Origin: an uncultured Gemmatimonadaceae bacterium | Lineage (GTDB): Bacteria > Gemmatimonadota > Gemmatimonadetes > Gemmatimonadales > Gemmatimonadaceae | Assembly (NCBI GenBank): GCA_963751275.1 | Contig: CAVVTZ010000010.1 | Coordinates: 1 to 64,000, forward strand | Direction: 5' to 3' | DNA length: 64,000 nt | Part shown: positions 10,543 through 19,956 of the stretch, in pieces | How positions within the stretch are numbered: the first letter of the stretch is position 1 | How the letters are laid out: the number at the start of each line of letters is the position of its first letter | The notes under the pieces: generated by a model | What the model saw: the letters and a program-made list of their open reading frames with translations, nothing else | Database searches by the model: none | What the model was told of the DNA's origin: nothing | Made by a program: the position numbers and the translations under genes

Positions 10543-13500
10543 GGTCCAGCCGGTTGAAGTAATCCAGCACCGCCTGGCGCTCATCCGCCGTGAGCGTGCG
10601 CAGTTCGCTCCACGACGGCGCGTCGTAGCGCGACGCCGCGCGCCCCGAGGCGTTCGTGTTCGCGGGCGTGAACGCATCATTGCCGCTCGCCGAGCGTGAC
10701 TCGCGCTTGCCGGTGTCCTCGCGCTCGTCCTTCTCCATCGCGAGCCCCGAATCGAGCAGGCGATGGAAGAGCTTCTCCTGGCGCTGCAGCAGCTGCGGAT
10801 CTACGCGCCCGCGGTCGAGCTGGTCGGCGATGTCGCGCATCTCCCGCGCCATCTGCGCGGCGCGCGCCGGATCGCCGGCGCCCGACTGCTCGAGCGCCTG
10901 CGCCAGAGCGCGCTGCTGGTTCGCCAGCGCCCGCGCCTGGCTCGCCGCCACGTCGCCGGGCGGAGCGCCCGGCGCCGGGAGCAAGCCCGCCGCCTGCGAG
11001 TTCAGCCCGCCCTGCTGCTTCGCGATCTGCGCGAGCTTCTCCATCATCTCCGCGAAACCCAATGCGCTCTGCGCGCCCGCGGCCTGCGCGCGGTCGCTCA
11101 TCATCTTCGAGGCGGCCGACGCCAGCGCCTGCGATGCCTGCGAGAGCTCAGGCGCCGCCTCCCGCCCGCCCCGCCGCGACTCGGCCAGCTCGCGCGTCGC
11201 CTCCGCCACGCTGGTCCGCGCGTCGGCCAGGGCGCGCTGCGACTCGGGCGACACGTGCGCCGACTGTCCAGCTGCCTTCCCCAGCCGCGCGCTCAGTTTG
11301 TCCACCCCTTGCTGCACCGCGCTCTGCTCACCGCGCAGCGTGCTGTCGTTGCCCTCGGCGGCGCGATCGGACAGATCGGCCTCGGTCTTGGAGAGTTCCA
11401 TCGCCTCGGCGGCCGCGCGGTCGAGCTCGGCGGTGAGTCCCTCCTTCCATGCGCGCACCTGCTGTGCGCGCGCATCGGCGAGATCCTGCGCCGTCTGCTG
11501 CATCTCGGCGGCGCCTTCGCGGCTCTCGCTCGCGGCGCGGTCGGCCGGCGCGCCCGAGGCGCTGCTCATCTGCTCCGACGAACGCTGCGCGTGCTGCGCG
11601 GCCGACGGCATCTTCGCGGCCGCGACATCGGCCTGTTCCTTGGCGAGCCGCTCACCGAGTTGCCGCACCTGGTCCGCGAGCGCCTTCGACTGGTCGCTCA
11701 GCGACTTCGCCCCGGCGCGGGCGGACGTGTCGCGCCGCGCGAGCGAGTCCGCCACCGCGTTCGACTTCGCCGCGAGTTCGCGCGCGTCATCGCGCAGCGT
11801 CTGCATCGCGCCCTCGAGCGCGGCGCGCTGGAGCATTCCCGCGGTGCGCTCGAGCTCGGCGCGCAGCCGCTCCTGCTGCTGCGCCAGCTGCTCGAGCGCG
11901 CGCCGCGTCTCCTCGGGCGAGAGCTTCTTGGACGACGACATCACGGCCTCGAGCTGGCGCGCCATCTCGGGGGTGAGCGCCTCGCCAAGCAGCTTCTGCG
12001 CGTCGCGCAGCTGCCGCGCGAGCGAGGTGTCGAGCGCGCCCGCCTCCTTCAGCGCCCGCTCCAGCGCTTTCGTCTCCTGCTGCGCATCGTGCACGCGCTG
12101 CGCGAGCTGCTCCTGCTCGCGCGCGAGCGCGGCGGCGCGCTCCGCGGTCTCGTAGCTCATCGTGCGCGACGCGGGGCGCTCGCCGGACCGCGCGCCGTTC
12201 ATGTCGGTGCTGCGGTCGGACCGCGCGCGCGCCGCCTCCTGCGTGCGCTGCGTGAGATCTTTCTGTGCCGCCGCCGCGCTCGCCGTGCGCGCCGCCGCGC
12301 TGTCGCCCAGCGCCCTTGCGATCGCGCGCGCCTCGGCGAGCGTCGGGACGCGGATCACCAGCTCGCGGCTTTCGGCCGACTGTTTCCACGGCGAATCGTC
12401 CGTCACCGCGAGCATGATGTGCACGGCGTCGCCCGGCGCGAGCGAACGCGAGGCGAGATCGAAGGGGATCTCGCCGGCCCAGGCCGGTGTGCCAGGCTGC
12501 GCGACGGCGAGCTCCGACTCCGCGCCCAGTCGCCCCTCTGCTTCGCTCCGCAGATGCAGGGCCACGCGCGCCACACCGTGGTCATCGCTCGCCGCGAGCC
12601 GCAGCGTGACGATCCCGCCCGACGCGACGAGCGTATCCGCCGCCGGCGCAAGGATCTCGGCATGCGGCGGTGCATCGGGCACTGTCTGCACTTCGAGCGG
12701 CGGCGGAACGTCGGCGATGGGTCCGTCCGGCGCCGTGGCGAACCAGCGCCACGTGCCGCCGGCGCCCGCATCGAGCCGGCCGGCCGCGCGGCGCCCGTGC
12801 GCGGCCAGACGCAGCGTGTCGCCGCCGCCGTCGCGCGCGAGTCCAGCGCGCGTGAGGTCGGTGGACGCGCGCGCCTCGAGGCGCAGCACCGTGCCGCGCG
12901 GCACGCGTACCGGCTCGCCCGCGGGCAGCGCTTCGCTGGCGCGGTGCAGGTACGCGGGATACACGGCCTGCACGCCCACGTCACCCACGAACGCGCGGTC
13001 GCGCACGCGGATGACCACCGTGTCACTGAACGCACGGCCATCGCTCGCGACGAGCGCGAGGTCCGCATCGAGCGGGCCCAGCAGCACACTCGCGCGTCCC
13101 TCGCGCACGGGCAGGCCGGCGCTATGCCACGACGCGCCGGTCGAGCGCGAGGCGAGCGTGATCGCGGCCCGGCCGCGCGCGGCGATCCCGACGCGCACCG
13201 TGTCGCCGCGCATCACGCTGGCCCGCGCGCCGTCGATCGCGATGGGCGGCAACAGGGTGCCGGCGTATGCGCGCGCCGGATGCAGCATGGCGCGCCATCC
13301 GTCCGGCGCCGCGCGCGCGGCCAGTGCCGTACCGGCGAATGCCACGAGGGCGACCGCCGCGCCGGTCGCGAAACGGCGGCGCGCCGAACCGAGCGCCGCC
13401 GGCGCGAGAACGCGGCCCATCGCGCCGAGCTGGCCGGCCATCAGGTCCGACGCATGCCGTCCGAACGCACCCTCGTCCGCGCTCTCCGACGCGGCGCGCA

Positions 13501-13795
13501 GCGCGCCCGCGCGCAGGCCGCGTTCGTGTTCGATGGCGCGCGCCGTCTCGGCGAGTGACGCGCGCCGCGACGTCGCGCGCCGCGTGGCGATGGCGATCGC
13601 CGCGACCGCCGCGATCGCCGCCGCCCACGCGATGAATGGCGCGGCGGGACGCGTGATCCATCGTCCGCCGCCCAGCACGATCGCCGACACGGCGATCACC
13701 GCGAGCGCCGCGCCGATGCCCGCCATGAGGCCGGCCCCGCCGAGCGCGGCCCGGAGGCGCGTCCGCTCGCGCCGCACCATGCGCGCGAGCGTCAT
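10526..13795 (-). CDS. DUF4175-like large membrane-anchored coiled-coil protein
   Basis: N-terminal TM helices, YPAYL, DAPP, ASDDHGV Ig-like motifs, long Gln/Ala coiled coil, C-terminal VLDYFNRL; adjacent to DUF4159. Confidence 0.7.
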   Translation of the reverse strand: MTLARMVRRERTRLRAALGGAGLMAGIGAALAVIAVSAIVLGGGRWITRPAAPFIAWAAAIAAVAAIAIATRRATSRRASLAETARAIEHERGLRAGALRAASESADEGAFGRHASDLMAGQLGAMGRVLAPAALGSARRRFATGAAVALVAFAGTALAARAAPDGWRAMLHPARAYAGTLLPPIAIDGARASVMRGDTVRVGIAARGRAAITLASRSTGASWHSAGLPVREGRASVLLGPLDADLALVASDGRAFSDTVVIRVRDRAFVGDVGVQAVYPAYLHRASEALPAGEPVRVPRGTVLRLEARASTDLTRAGLARDGGGDTLRLAAHGRRAAGRLDAGAGGTWRWFATAPDGPIADVPPPLEVQTVPDAPPHAEILAPAADTLVASGGIVTLRLAASDDHGVARVALHLRSEAEGRLGAESELAVAQPGTPAWAGEIPFDLASRSLAPGDAVHIMLAVTDDSPWKQSAESRELVIRVPTLAEARAIARALGDSAAARTASAAAAQKDLTQRTQEAARARSDRSTDMNGARSGERPASRTMSYETAERAAALAREQEQLAQRVHDAQQETKALERALKEAGALDTSLARQLRDAQKLLGEALTPEMARQLEAVMSSSKKLSPEETRRALEQLAQQQERLRAELERTAGMLQRAALEGAMQTLRDDARELAAKSNAVADSLARRDTSARAGAKSLSDQSKALADQVRQLGERLAKEQADVAAAKMPSAAQHAQRSSEQMSSASGAPADRAASESREGAAEMQQTAQDLADARAQQVRAWKEGLTAELDRAAAEAMELSKTEADLSDRAAEGNDSTLRGEQSAVQQGVDKLSARLGKAAGQSAHVSPESQRALADARTSVAEATRELAESRRGGREAAPELSQASQALASAASKMMSDRAQAAGAQSALGFAEMMEKLAQIAKQQGGLNSQAAGLLPAPGAPPGDVAASQARALANQQRALAQALEQSGAGDPARAAQMAREMRDIADQLDRGRVDPQLLQRQEKLFHRLLDSGLAMEKDEREDTGKRESRSASGNDAFTPANTNASGRAASRYDAPSWSELRTLTADERQAVLDYFNRLDHAANP

Positions 13796-14469
13796 TGCAC
13801 CGTGCGGCTCGTCACCGCGTACACGAACAGGTTGACGCCCATGCGCAGCGCCGCTTCGTGCAGTGCGGGCGGATCGTTGTACGTCTTCACATCCTCCCAC
13901 CCGTTCCCGAGATCGCTCGAGAAGCTGTAATACACCGCGAGGCGATCGCCGAGGAAGATCCCGAATCCGCGCGCGGGCAGCCCGTCGTGCACGTGGATCT
14001 TCGGGATCCCCTTCGGGAAATCGTAGACGATGTGATAGATCGGGTGCGCGAGCGGCACATCCACCAGCGGCCGGTCGGGGAAGACGCGCGCGATCTCGCG
14101 ACGGAAGCTCGGATCGAGACCGTAGTTGTCATCCACGTGCAGGAAACCGCCGCGCTCCAAGTACTCGCGGAGCCGCGCGACCTCGGCGTCGCTGAAATGG
14201 ATGTTGCCGTGGCCGGTCACGTGGAGGAACGGATAATCCCAGAGGCGATCATCCATCAGCGTGACGCGCGCTTCCGTGCGCTCCACCGGGATCGTCGTGC
14301 GCTCGGCGATGGCCGCGAGGAGATTCGGCAGGCTCGAGGGATTCGCGTACCAGTCGCCGCCGCCATCGTACTGGAGCCGCGCGATCGTGAGGCGCGTGCC
14401 ATCCGCGGCCGGCGCCGGGCGCAGCGCGAGCAGCAGAGCGAGCGGCATCACGCGCAGCCAACGGATCAT
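13792..14469 (-). CDS. DUF4159 domain protein
   Basis: IARLQYDGGGDWYANPSSLPNL, YPFLHVTGHG, GGFLHVDDNYG, DLGNGWED, ALRMGVN. Confidence 0.88.
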   Translation of the reverse strand: MIRWLRVMPLALLLALRPAPAADGTRLTIARLQYDGGGDWYANPSSLPNLLAAIAERTTIPVERTEARVTLMDDRLWDYPFLHVTGHGNIHFSDAEVARLREYLERGGFLHVDDNYGLDPSFRREIARVFPDRPLVDVPLAHPIYHIVYDFPKGIPKIHVHDGLPARGFGIFLGDRLAVYYSFSSDLGNGWEDVKTYNDPPALHEAALRMGVNLFVYAVTSRTVQ

Positions 14470-15311
14470 TCCGTCTCCTCTCCTTCGTGCGCCAGCCGGT
14501 ACGCGGCGTTCCGCGCGAGACCGAGTTCGTTGGCGAGCTGCTTCGCGATCTCGCGCGGCCGCATCCCCTCGCCGCGCAGCGCGTCGGCCCGCGCACGCGC
14601 CGCTTGTTCGACATCCGCCGCGGCCGGCGGCGTTGCCCCGGCGATCACGAGCACCACCTCGCCGCGCGGCGGCGTCTCTTCATAGTACCGCGCGAGTTCG
14701 CCCACCGTTCCGCGCCGCGTCTCCTCGAACTTCTTCGTGAGCTCGCGCGCGACCGCCGCTTGGCGCTCGGCGCCCCCGCGCGCCGCGAGATCGGCGAGCG
14801 TCGCAGCCACCCGCGCCGGCGCTTCGTAGATCACCGCCGTGTGCGGCAGACGCGCGATCTCATCCAGTGCGGCCGTGCGGTCCGCACCTTTCCTCTCGAG
14901 GAAACCGAAGAAGGTGAAGCGCGACGCGTCGAGGCCCGACGTCACGAGCGCCGCGAGCAGCGCCGATGGACCGGGCACCGCCACCACCGGCACGCCGGCC
15001 TCGATCGCGGCGCGTACGAGCCGCGCACCCGGATCCGAGAGCAGCGGAGTGCCCGCATCCGAGACGAGCGCGATGCTCTCCCCAGCACAGAGTTTCGCGA
15101 CGATGCCCGGAGACGAGGAGGCTTCGTTGTGCTCGTGATGCGACGCGAGCGCGGTCTTCACGCCGGCATGATCGAGGAGCACGCGGGCGTGACGAGTATC
15201 CTCGGCGAGCACGAGGGACACCGACTTCAACGTGTCGGCCGCCCGCGGAGAGAGATCGCCGAGGTTGCCGATCGGGGTGCTCACCACGTACAACGTCCCA
15301 GTCGCGCCCAT
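14466..15311 (-). CDS. rsmI: 16S rRNA (cytidine1402-2'-O)-methyltransferase
   Basis: LYVVSTPIGNLGD, AEDTR, VSDAGTPLLSDPG, YEAP, RELTKKFEE, RGEVVLVI. Confidence 0.95.
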   Translation of the reverse strand: MGATGTLYVVSTPIGNLGDLSPRAADTLKSVSLVLAEDTRHARVLLDHAGVKTALASHHEHNEASSSPGIVAKLCAGESIALVSDAGTPLLSDPGARLVRAAIEAGVPVVAVPGPSALLAALVTSGLDASRFTFFGFLERKGADRTAALDEIARLPHTAVIYEAPARVAATLADLAARGGAERQAAVARELTKKFEETRRGTVGELARYYEETPPRGEVVLVIAGATPPAAADVEQAARARADALRGEGMRPREIAKQLANELGLARNAAYRLAHEGEETE

Positions 15312-15326
15312 GCTCCAAGATACATG

Positions 15327-15405
15327 AACGGCGCGGATTGGCCCTAGTACCGCTGGAACGGCGCGTCTGGCAACTGAGCGTATGGTACGCCTCGGCGCGC
15401 GTGGG
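15327..15405. repeat. Left arm of a 79-bp imperfect inverted repeat flanking the four-helix-bundle gene
   Basis: Ungapped match to the reverse complement of 15948-16026 at 65/79 positions, including perfect blocks AGTACCGCTGGAAC (14) and GCAACTGAGCGTATGGTA (18). Confidence 0.9.
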
Positions 15406-15488
15406 GAAACGATGCGGCGTGCAACGACTGGGTGGCGCTCACCAATCGCAAAGAGCTGACATTGTTTGCTCCTCGATCGGAGCGGGCG

Positions 15489-15914
15489 ATGACGTACGAT
15501 GAATGGGAAGCAGCGGTGCCGGAGCATATGCGCGCCAATGCGATGTGGGGGCTGCGGGTGTACCGCTCCGCGCTCTACGCGGGAGAGCTAGGGCGCACGG
15601 ATGCTGCGCTTCTCGCCCAGTTTGCGGAGTTCAACCACATCGCCGATCAGTTGGCTCGCGCGACCGCCTCGATCAGCGTGAACATCGCCGAGGGCTACAG
15701 CCGCTTCGGCCGCAAGGACCGCGGACGTTTCTACGAATACGCACTCGGCTCCGCGCGCGAAGCGCGCGACTGGTACTACAAGTCCACTGGCGCCCTCGGC
15801 TCCGCCACAACGGATGCGCGCATGTCTCTCCACACGACCCTCGTGCGCATCCTCACCGTCCTCGTCAAGAACGCGCGAGCGGAATCGCACCCTTCAGTAA
15901 TCATTTCCGGCTGA
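15489..15914 (+). CDS. Four helix bundle protein (23S rRNA IVP / Avd-like family)
   Basis: LRVY, DQLARATASISVNIAEGYSR, FYEYALGSARE family motifs; antisense to the surrounding trxA-rsmI run. Confidence 0.9.
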   Translation: MTYDEWEAAVPEHMRANAMWGLRVYRSALYAGELGRTDAALLAQFAEFNHIADQLARATASISVNIAEGYSRFGRKDRGRFYEYALGSAREARDWYYKSTGALGSATTDARMSLHTTLVRILTVLVKNARAESHPSVIISG

Positions 15915-15947
15915 CCTCCGGATACGGCAAAGGCGCGTGTGGTGAGT

Positions 15948-16026
15948 CCCACACGCGCCCCGGCATACCATACGCTCAGTTGCTAGTCACGCTGTTCCAG
16001 CGGTACTTGCCCCTACACGCGCCGTT
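15948..16026. repeat. Right arm of the 79-bp inverted repeat; ends in the trxA stop codon
   Basis: Reverse complement of 15327-15405; overlaps a separate perfect 11-bp hairpin at 15932-15959. Confidence 0.9.
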
Positions 16027-16354
16027 AAGCCGCCGTATGCTGCTGGATCTTCGCCTCATACGTCGCCTTCGGCATCGCGCCAACGACCATATCCACCACC
16101 TTCCCACCCTTGAAGAACAGAATGGTGGGAATCGACCGCACATTGTATCGAGTCGACGTCCGGATGTTCGCGTCCACGTCCATCTTCACCACTTTCGCCT
16201 TCCCCGCGTATTCCGTCGCCAGCTGGTCCACGATCGGACCCACCATGCGGCACGGCCCGCACCACGTCGCCCAGAAATCCACGAGCGTGAGTCCATCGTG
16301 CTTCTCGACCTGGGTCTCGAAATCCGCGTCCGTCACTGCTGCTGTGTTCGACAT
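16025..16354 (-). CDS. trxA: Thioredoxin
   Basis: VDFWATWCGPCRM, YNVRSIPT; 109 aa. Confidence 0.95.
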   Translation of the reverse strand: MSNTAAVTDADFETQVEKHDGLTLVDFWATWCGPCRMVGPIVDQLATEYAGKAKVVKMDVDANIRTSTRYNVRSIPTILFFKGGKVVDMVVGAMPKATYEAKIQQHTAA

Positions 16355-16439
16355 TTCTGCTCCCTCTCCGGCGCGGACTCGCTCGCCGCGCATTTGTCGT
16401 TAGATTGTCCTCGCCCCCCGTTCCCGGAGTGCGATCGTC

Positions 16440-16850
16440 GTGAATCCTGCATCCCGTCGCGGCGCCCGGCTCGCCCACATCGGCATCGCCGTTCGCTCGC
16501 TCGAGACGATCTTGCCGTTCTACCGCGACGTCCTCGGCCTCGAGGACGTGCCACTCGATGACGCCGACGGGGCGCACATCGCCGGCCTGTCCGCCGGCGA
16601 ACCCCTCGTCGAACTCCTCGAACCCGCCGAACCCGGTTCACCCATCGCGAAATTCATCGACAAGCGCGGACCGGGCATCCACCATCTCTGTTTCGCCGTC
16701 CCCGACCTCGACGCCGCGCTCGCGCGATGCCGTGCCGCGGGACTGCAGCTGATCGATCAGACCCCCCGCACCGGCGCCGAAGGCAAACGCATCGCCTTCC
16801 TGCACCCGTCATCCACGGCGGGCGTGCTGATCGAACTCACCGAATATTAA
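16440..16850 (+). CDS. mce: Methylmalonyl-CoA epimerase (VOC family)
   Basis: HIGIAV, VELLEP, RGPGIHHLCF, GAEGKRIAFLHP, GVLIEL. Confidence 0.85.
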   Translation: MNPASRRGARLAHIGIAVRSLETILPFYRDVLGLEDVPLDDADGAHIAGLSAGEPLVELLEPAEPGSPIAKFIDKRGPGIHHLCFAVPDLDAALARCRAAGLQLIDQTPRTGAEGKRIAFLHPSSTAGVLIELTEY

Positions 16851-16886
16851 TCGATCCGCGCCGCGATGAGTTCCCGGAACCCCCGC

Positions 16887-17357
16887 TCACTTCGTGCTGC
16901 TCTGCCCCGAGCACAGGTCCTTGAGCGGCTGCAGGTCGGTCTCCCCCACGAACCACCGGTTGTTCGGTCCGAGAAAGACCTTCGTGGTCGTCTGCCGCGT
17001 GAACGAACCCTTCGTGATGGACAGCGTCACGACGTGCACCTTGTCCGACGCCACCACATCGTTCACGATCTGGTAGCTGTCGTGCTTGAGGTAGCACTGC
17101 ATGATCATCGCGCGCTGCGAGAGCTGGTCCTTCGCGGGCAGATCCACCGCCGGACCCTTCTCGGAGCCCCAGATCAGCCCGAGCGCGTCCACGTCCTGGT
17201 CGTTGATCGCCTTCATGAACGCGCCGATGGCAAGGCTCGGTGTGGCCGCGCCGGGATCGCCGGCCGTCGTCGGCGGCGCGTTCGCCGGGTTGCCCGTGTA
17301 GGCGGGGGTCGAGCTGCAACCCGCCACGATCAGCGCCAAGAAGAGGATGCGGTTCAT
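16887..17357 (-). CDS. Hypothetical lipoprotein
   Basis: MNRILFLALIVAGC lipobox; codon usage fits this frame. Confidence 0.7.
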   Translation of the reverse strand: MNRILFLALIVAGCSSTPAYTGNPANAPPTTAGDPGAATPSLAIGAFMKAINDQDVDALGLIWGSEKGPAVDLPAKDQLSQRAMIMQCYLKHDSYQIVNDVVASDKVHVVTLSITKGSFTRQTTTKVFLGPNNRWFVGETDLQPLKDLCSGQSSTK

Positions 17358-17405
17358 TCGGCTCGCCCGGTTGGCAGACACGTGCGAAGCTAGCGGACGC
17401 CCATC

Positions 17406-18143
17406 ATGCGAGCAACCCTGCAGCGCCTCTACATCAACGTCGATCACGTCGCCACGATCCGGCAGGCGCGGCGCACCGACGAGCCCGATCCGGTGCTCGC
17501 CGCCGCGCTCTGTGAAGACGCCGGCGCCGATGGCATCACCGCGCACCTGCGCGAGGACCGCCGCCACATGCAGGACGACGACATCGAGCGCCTCGCGCGC
17601 GCCATCCGCACGAAGTTCAATCTCGAGATGGCGCTCACCGACGAGATGCTCGCCATCGCGGAGCGACTGCGCCCCTTCCAGGTGACGCTCGTCCCCGAGC
17701 GCCGCGAGGAAGTGACCACCGAGGGCGGGCTCGACGTCGCCCGGGATCCGGCGCGGCTGGCCGCCGGCCTCGCCCGCCTGAAACGCGCGGGGGTGCGTAC
17801 GAGTCTATTCATCGCCCCCGCGACGGATGCGGTGCGGCGCTCGCGCGACCTGGGGGCGGATGCGGTGGAATTCCATACCGGCGCCTATGCCCACCACCCG
17901 CACGATGGCGCCGCGCTCGCTGCTCTCGCGGGGGCGTCCACGCTCGGCGCCTCGCTCGGCCTGGCGGTGCACGCGGGACACGGGCTCACGGTGCGGAACG
18001 TCGCGCCGGTGGCCGCGATCCCCGAGCTGGAGGAATTGAACATCGGGCATTCGATCGTCAGCCGCGCCGTCTTCATCGGCATCGCGGCGGCCGTGCGCGA
18101 AATGCGTGCGGCGATGGACGCGGCGCGCGGCGTTTCTCGTTGA
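17406..18143 (+). CDS. pdxJ: Pyridoxine 5'-phosphate synthase
   Basis: NVDHVATIRQAR, HLREDRRH, LVPERREEVTTEGGL, HAGHGL, NIGHSIVSRA. Confidence 0.95.
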   Translation: MRATLQRLYINVDHVATIRQARRTDEPDPVLAAALCEDAGADGITAHLREDRRHMQDDDIERLARAIRTKFNLEMALTDEMLAIAERLRPFQVTLVPERREEVTTEGGLDVARDPARLAAGLARLKRAGVRTSLFIAPATDAVRRSRDLGADAVEFHTGAYAHHPHDGAALAALAGASTLGASLGLAVHAGHGLTVRNVAPVAAIPELEELNIGHSIVSRAVFIGIAAAVREMRAAMDAARGVSR

Positions 18144-18168
18144 CCGCCCGCCGGGCAGCGCATAGCTT
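18140..18168 (+). promoter_or_regulatory. Putative sigma70-type promoter
   Basis: TTGACC-N17-TAGCTT upstream of the Hpt-like gene. Confidence 0.55.
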
Positions 18169-18201
18169 CGCAGATACGCACCACCACCTGTCGGAGAGCG
18201 G

Positions 18202-19950
18202 ATGACGGCATCAGCCGGAGTGATGGACTTCTTCATCGTCGAAGCGAGCGAGTACATCGAGCGCCTCGACAATCTGCTCACATCCGCCGGTCCCGCCGGC
18301 CCGAACGCCGATTCCTTCGGCCGCTACGCGCGCGCGCTGCGCGGCAGCGCGACGATGTCCCGGCAGTACGGCATCGCCGACATCGCCGGCGCGCTGGAGC
18401 GCGTCGCGCGCGGGCTCCGCAATCGCGCGATGGGCTGGACCCCCGCGGCGAGCGCCGCCGTGGTCGCTGCGGTGGACGATCTCCGCATCCTCGTGCGCGC
18501 GGTGCGCGACTGGAGTCCAGCAGAGGACCGCCGCGCGCAGGCGCGCACCGCCGAGCTCGACCGCCTCGCCCCCGGCCCCGGCGGCGCGCCCTACGTGCCG
18601 CCTCCAGCCTCCGCGCCCACCGAGAACGAACCGCTCACCGGCGCGAACTTCCTGGCCGCCGAGACCGCCGACCTCGCCCGTTCGCTCGAGCAGCTCGTGG
18701 CCGCCCCCGAGGACACGAGCGTGATCGCGGCGCTCGCCGGCCGCGTGCGCGCGCTGCGCGGCGTGGCCGACCTGAAGGACATGCCGCCGCTGCCCGACGT
18801 GGTGGACGCCGTCGAGCGCGCGCTCAAGGGACTCGAGCTCGGCGCGCCGCACCCCACGCCGAGCGCCAAGCAGAAGTCGCTCTTCGCCACCGCCGCCGCC
18901 GTGCTCCGGCGCGCGTCGCGCGACATCGGCCAGCGCGGCCGCCCCGTGCCCGGCGCCCCCGAGGTGCTCGCGTTCCACAATGCGATGGCCGCGCTCCCCG
19001 ACGAAGGGGGCAGCGCCGACCGCATCGTGCCGATCGCGCAGCTCTTCTTCGACGACGCCGGCCCGCACATCGTGAGCGCCGCGAGCGCGCCGCCCACCAC
19101 GGCGGCCGAGCGCTTCCGCATGGAGGTCGTGAGCCTCGCCGAGCATCTGCGGCGCGTGGTGAGCGATGCGCGCGCGACGCGCGCCCCCGATGCGCGCGAT
19201 CACACCGCCCGCGAACTGCGCACCGCGCTGCGCGCGCTCGGCAGCGCCGCGAGCAGCTTCGGCGAGCGCCAGGTGGCGCGCTTCGCCGCCGAGTGGAGCG
19301 TGAAGGTCGCGACGCTGAACGACGCGGGCCTCACCGCACTCGATCGCGCCGCGACGATGCTCGCCGACCCTGAGACGCGCCCCGAGCAGTTGGCGCGCGC
19401 GCTCGAGCAGCTCGCCGCGCCGCGCAGCCCGCAGACCGCCGGCCGCTCGACGGTGGCGCTGCTCGCCGGCGACATCCCGCCCATGCGCACGCCGACGCCG
19501 CCGATGGCCGTGCGGCCGGTGGCGCCGCCGGCGGTGTCGGTCACGCCCTCGCCGCGCCGCTCGCTGGAGCGCCCGGTGGTCGAGCTGTCGCAGGCGCCGG
19601 CCGGATCGTTCCCGGCGTGGCCCGCCGCGACGCCGCCGGCCGCGCCGGCCGTGCCGGTAGTTCCCGAGCCGCGGCGCCCGGGCGCCGAGTCCACTGGCGA
19701 TTCGCTCCGCGCCTTCCTGCAGGAAGGGATCAGCGGTCTGCGCCGTCTCGAAGACCAGCCGCTGAGCCCGCCCGCGATCGTGCCCAACGAAGACGGCACG
19801 GTGCCGATCGACCAGTTGCTCTACCGCGGCCGCGCCGCGCTCGAACGCGCCGCCGAGCTGCGCCACGAATGGCAGCGCGCCGGCGCACCGCCCACGCCCG
19901 AAGCGGTCGCCGAACTGTTCGACCTGCTCGATCTCGCGCTCGTCGAGTAG
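18202..19950 (+). CDS. Protein with tandem degenerate Hpt-like domains
   Basis: DFFIVEASEYIERLD...ARALRGSATMS resembles CheA P1/Hpt; two further related repeats; Pro-rich linker. Confidence 0.7.
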   Translation: MTASAGVMDFFIVEASEYIERLDNLLTSAGPAGPNADSFGRYARALRGSATMSRQYGIADIAGALERVARGLRNRAMGWTPAASAAVVAAVDDLRILVRAVRDWSPAEDRRAQARTAELDRLAPGPGGAPYVPPPASAPTENEPLTGANFLAAETADLARSLEQLVAAPEDTSVIAALAGRVRALRGVADLKDMPPLPDVVDAVERALKGLELGAPHPTPSAKQKSLFATAAAVLRRASRDIGQRGRPVPGAPEVLAFHNAMAALPDEGGSADRIVPIAQLFFDDAGPHIVSAASAPPTTAAERFRMEVVSLAEHLRRVVSDARATRAPDARDHTARELRTALRALGSAASSFGERQVARFAAEWSVKVATLNDAGLTALDRAATMLADPETRPEQLARALEQLAAPRSPQTAGRSTVALLAGDIPPMRTPTPPMAVRPVAPPAVSVTPSPRRSLERPVVELSQAPAGSFPAWPAATPPAAPAVPVVPEPRRPGAESTGDSLRAFLQEGISGLRRLEDQPLSPPAIVPNEDGTVPIDQLLYRGRAALERAAELRHEWQRAGAPPTPEAVAELFDLLDLALVE

Positions 19951-19956
19951 GCGAAG

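Noticed and set aside
15327..16026. Classical IS element or diversity-generating retroelement
   Set aside because: The enclosed ORF is not a transposase, no clear target-site duplication was seen, and no reverse transcriptase or TR/VR pair was found in the window.
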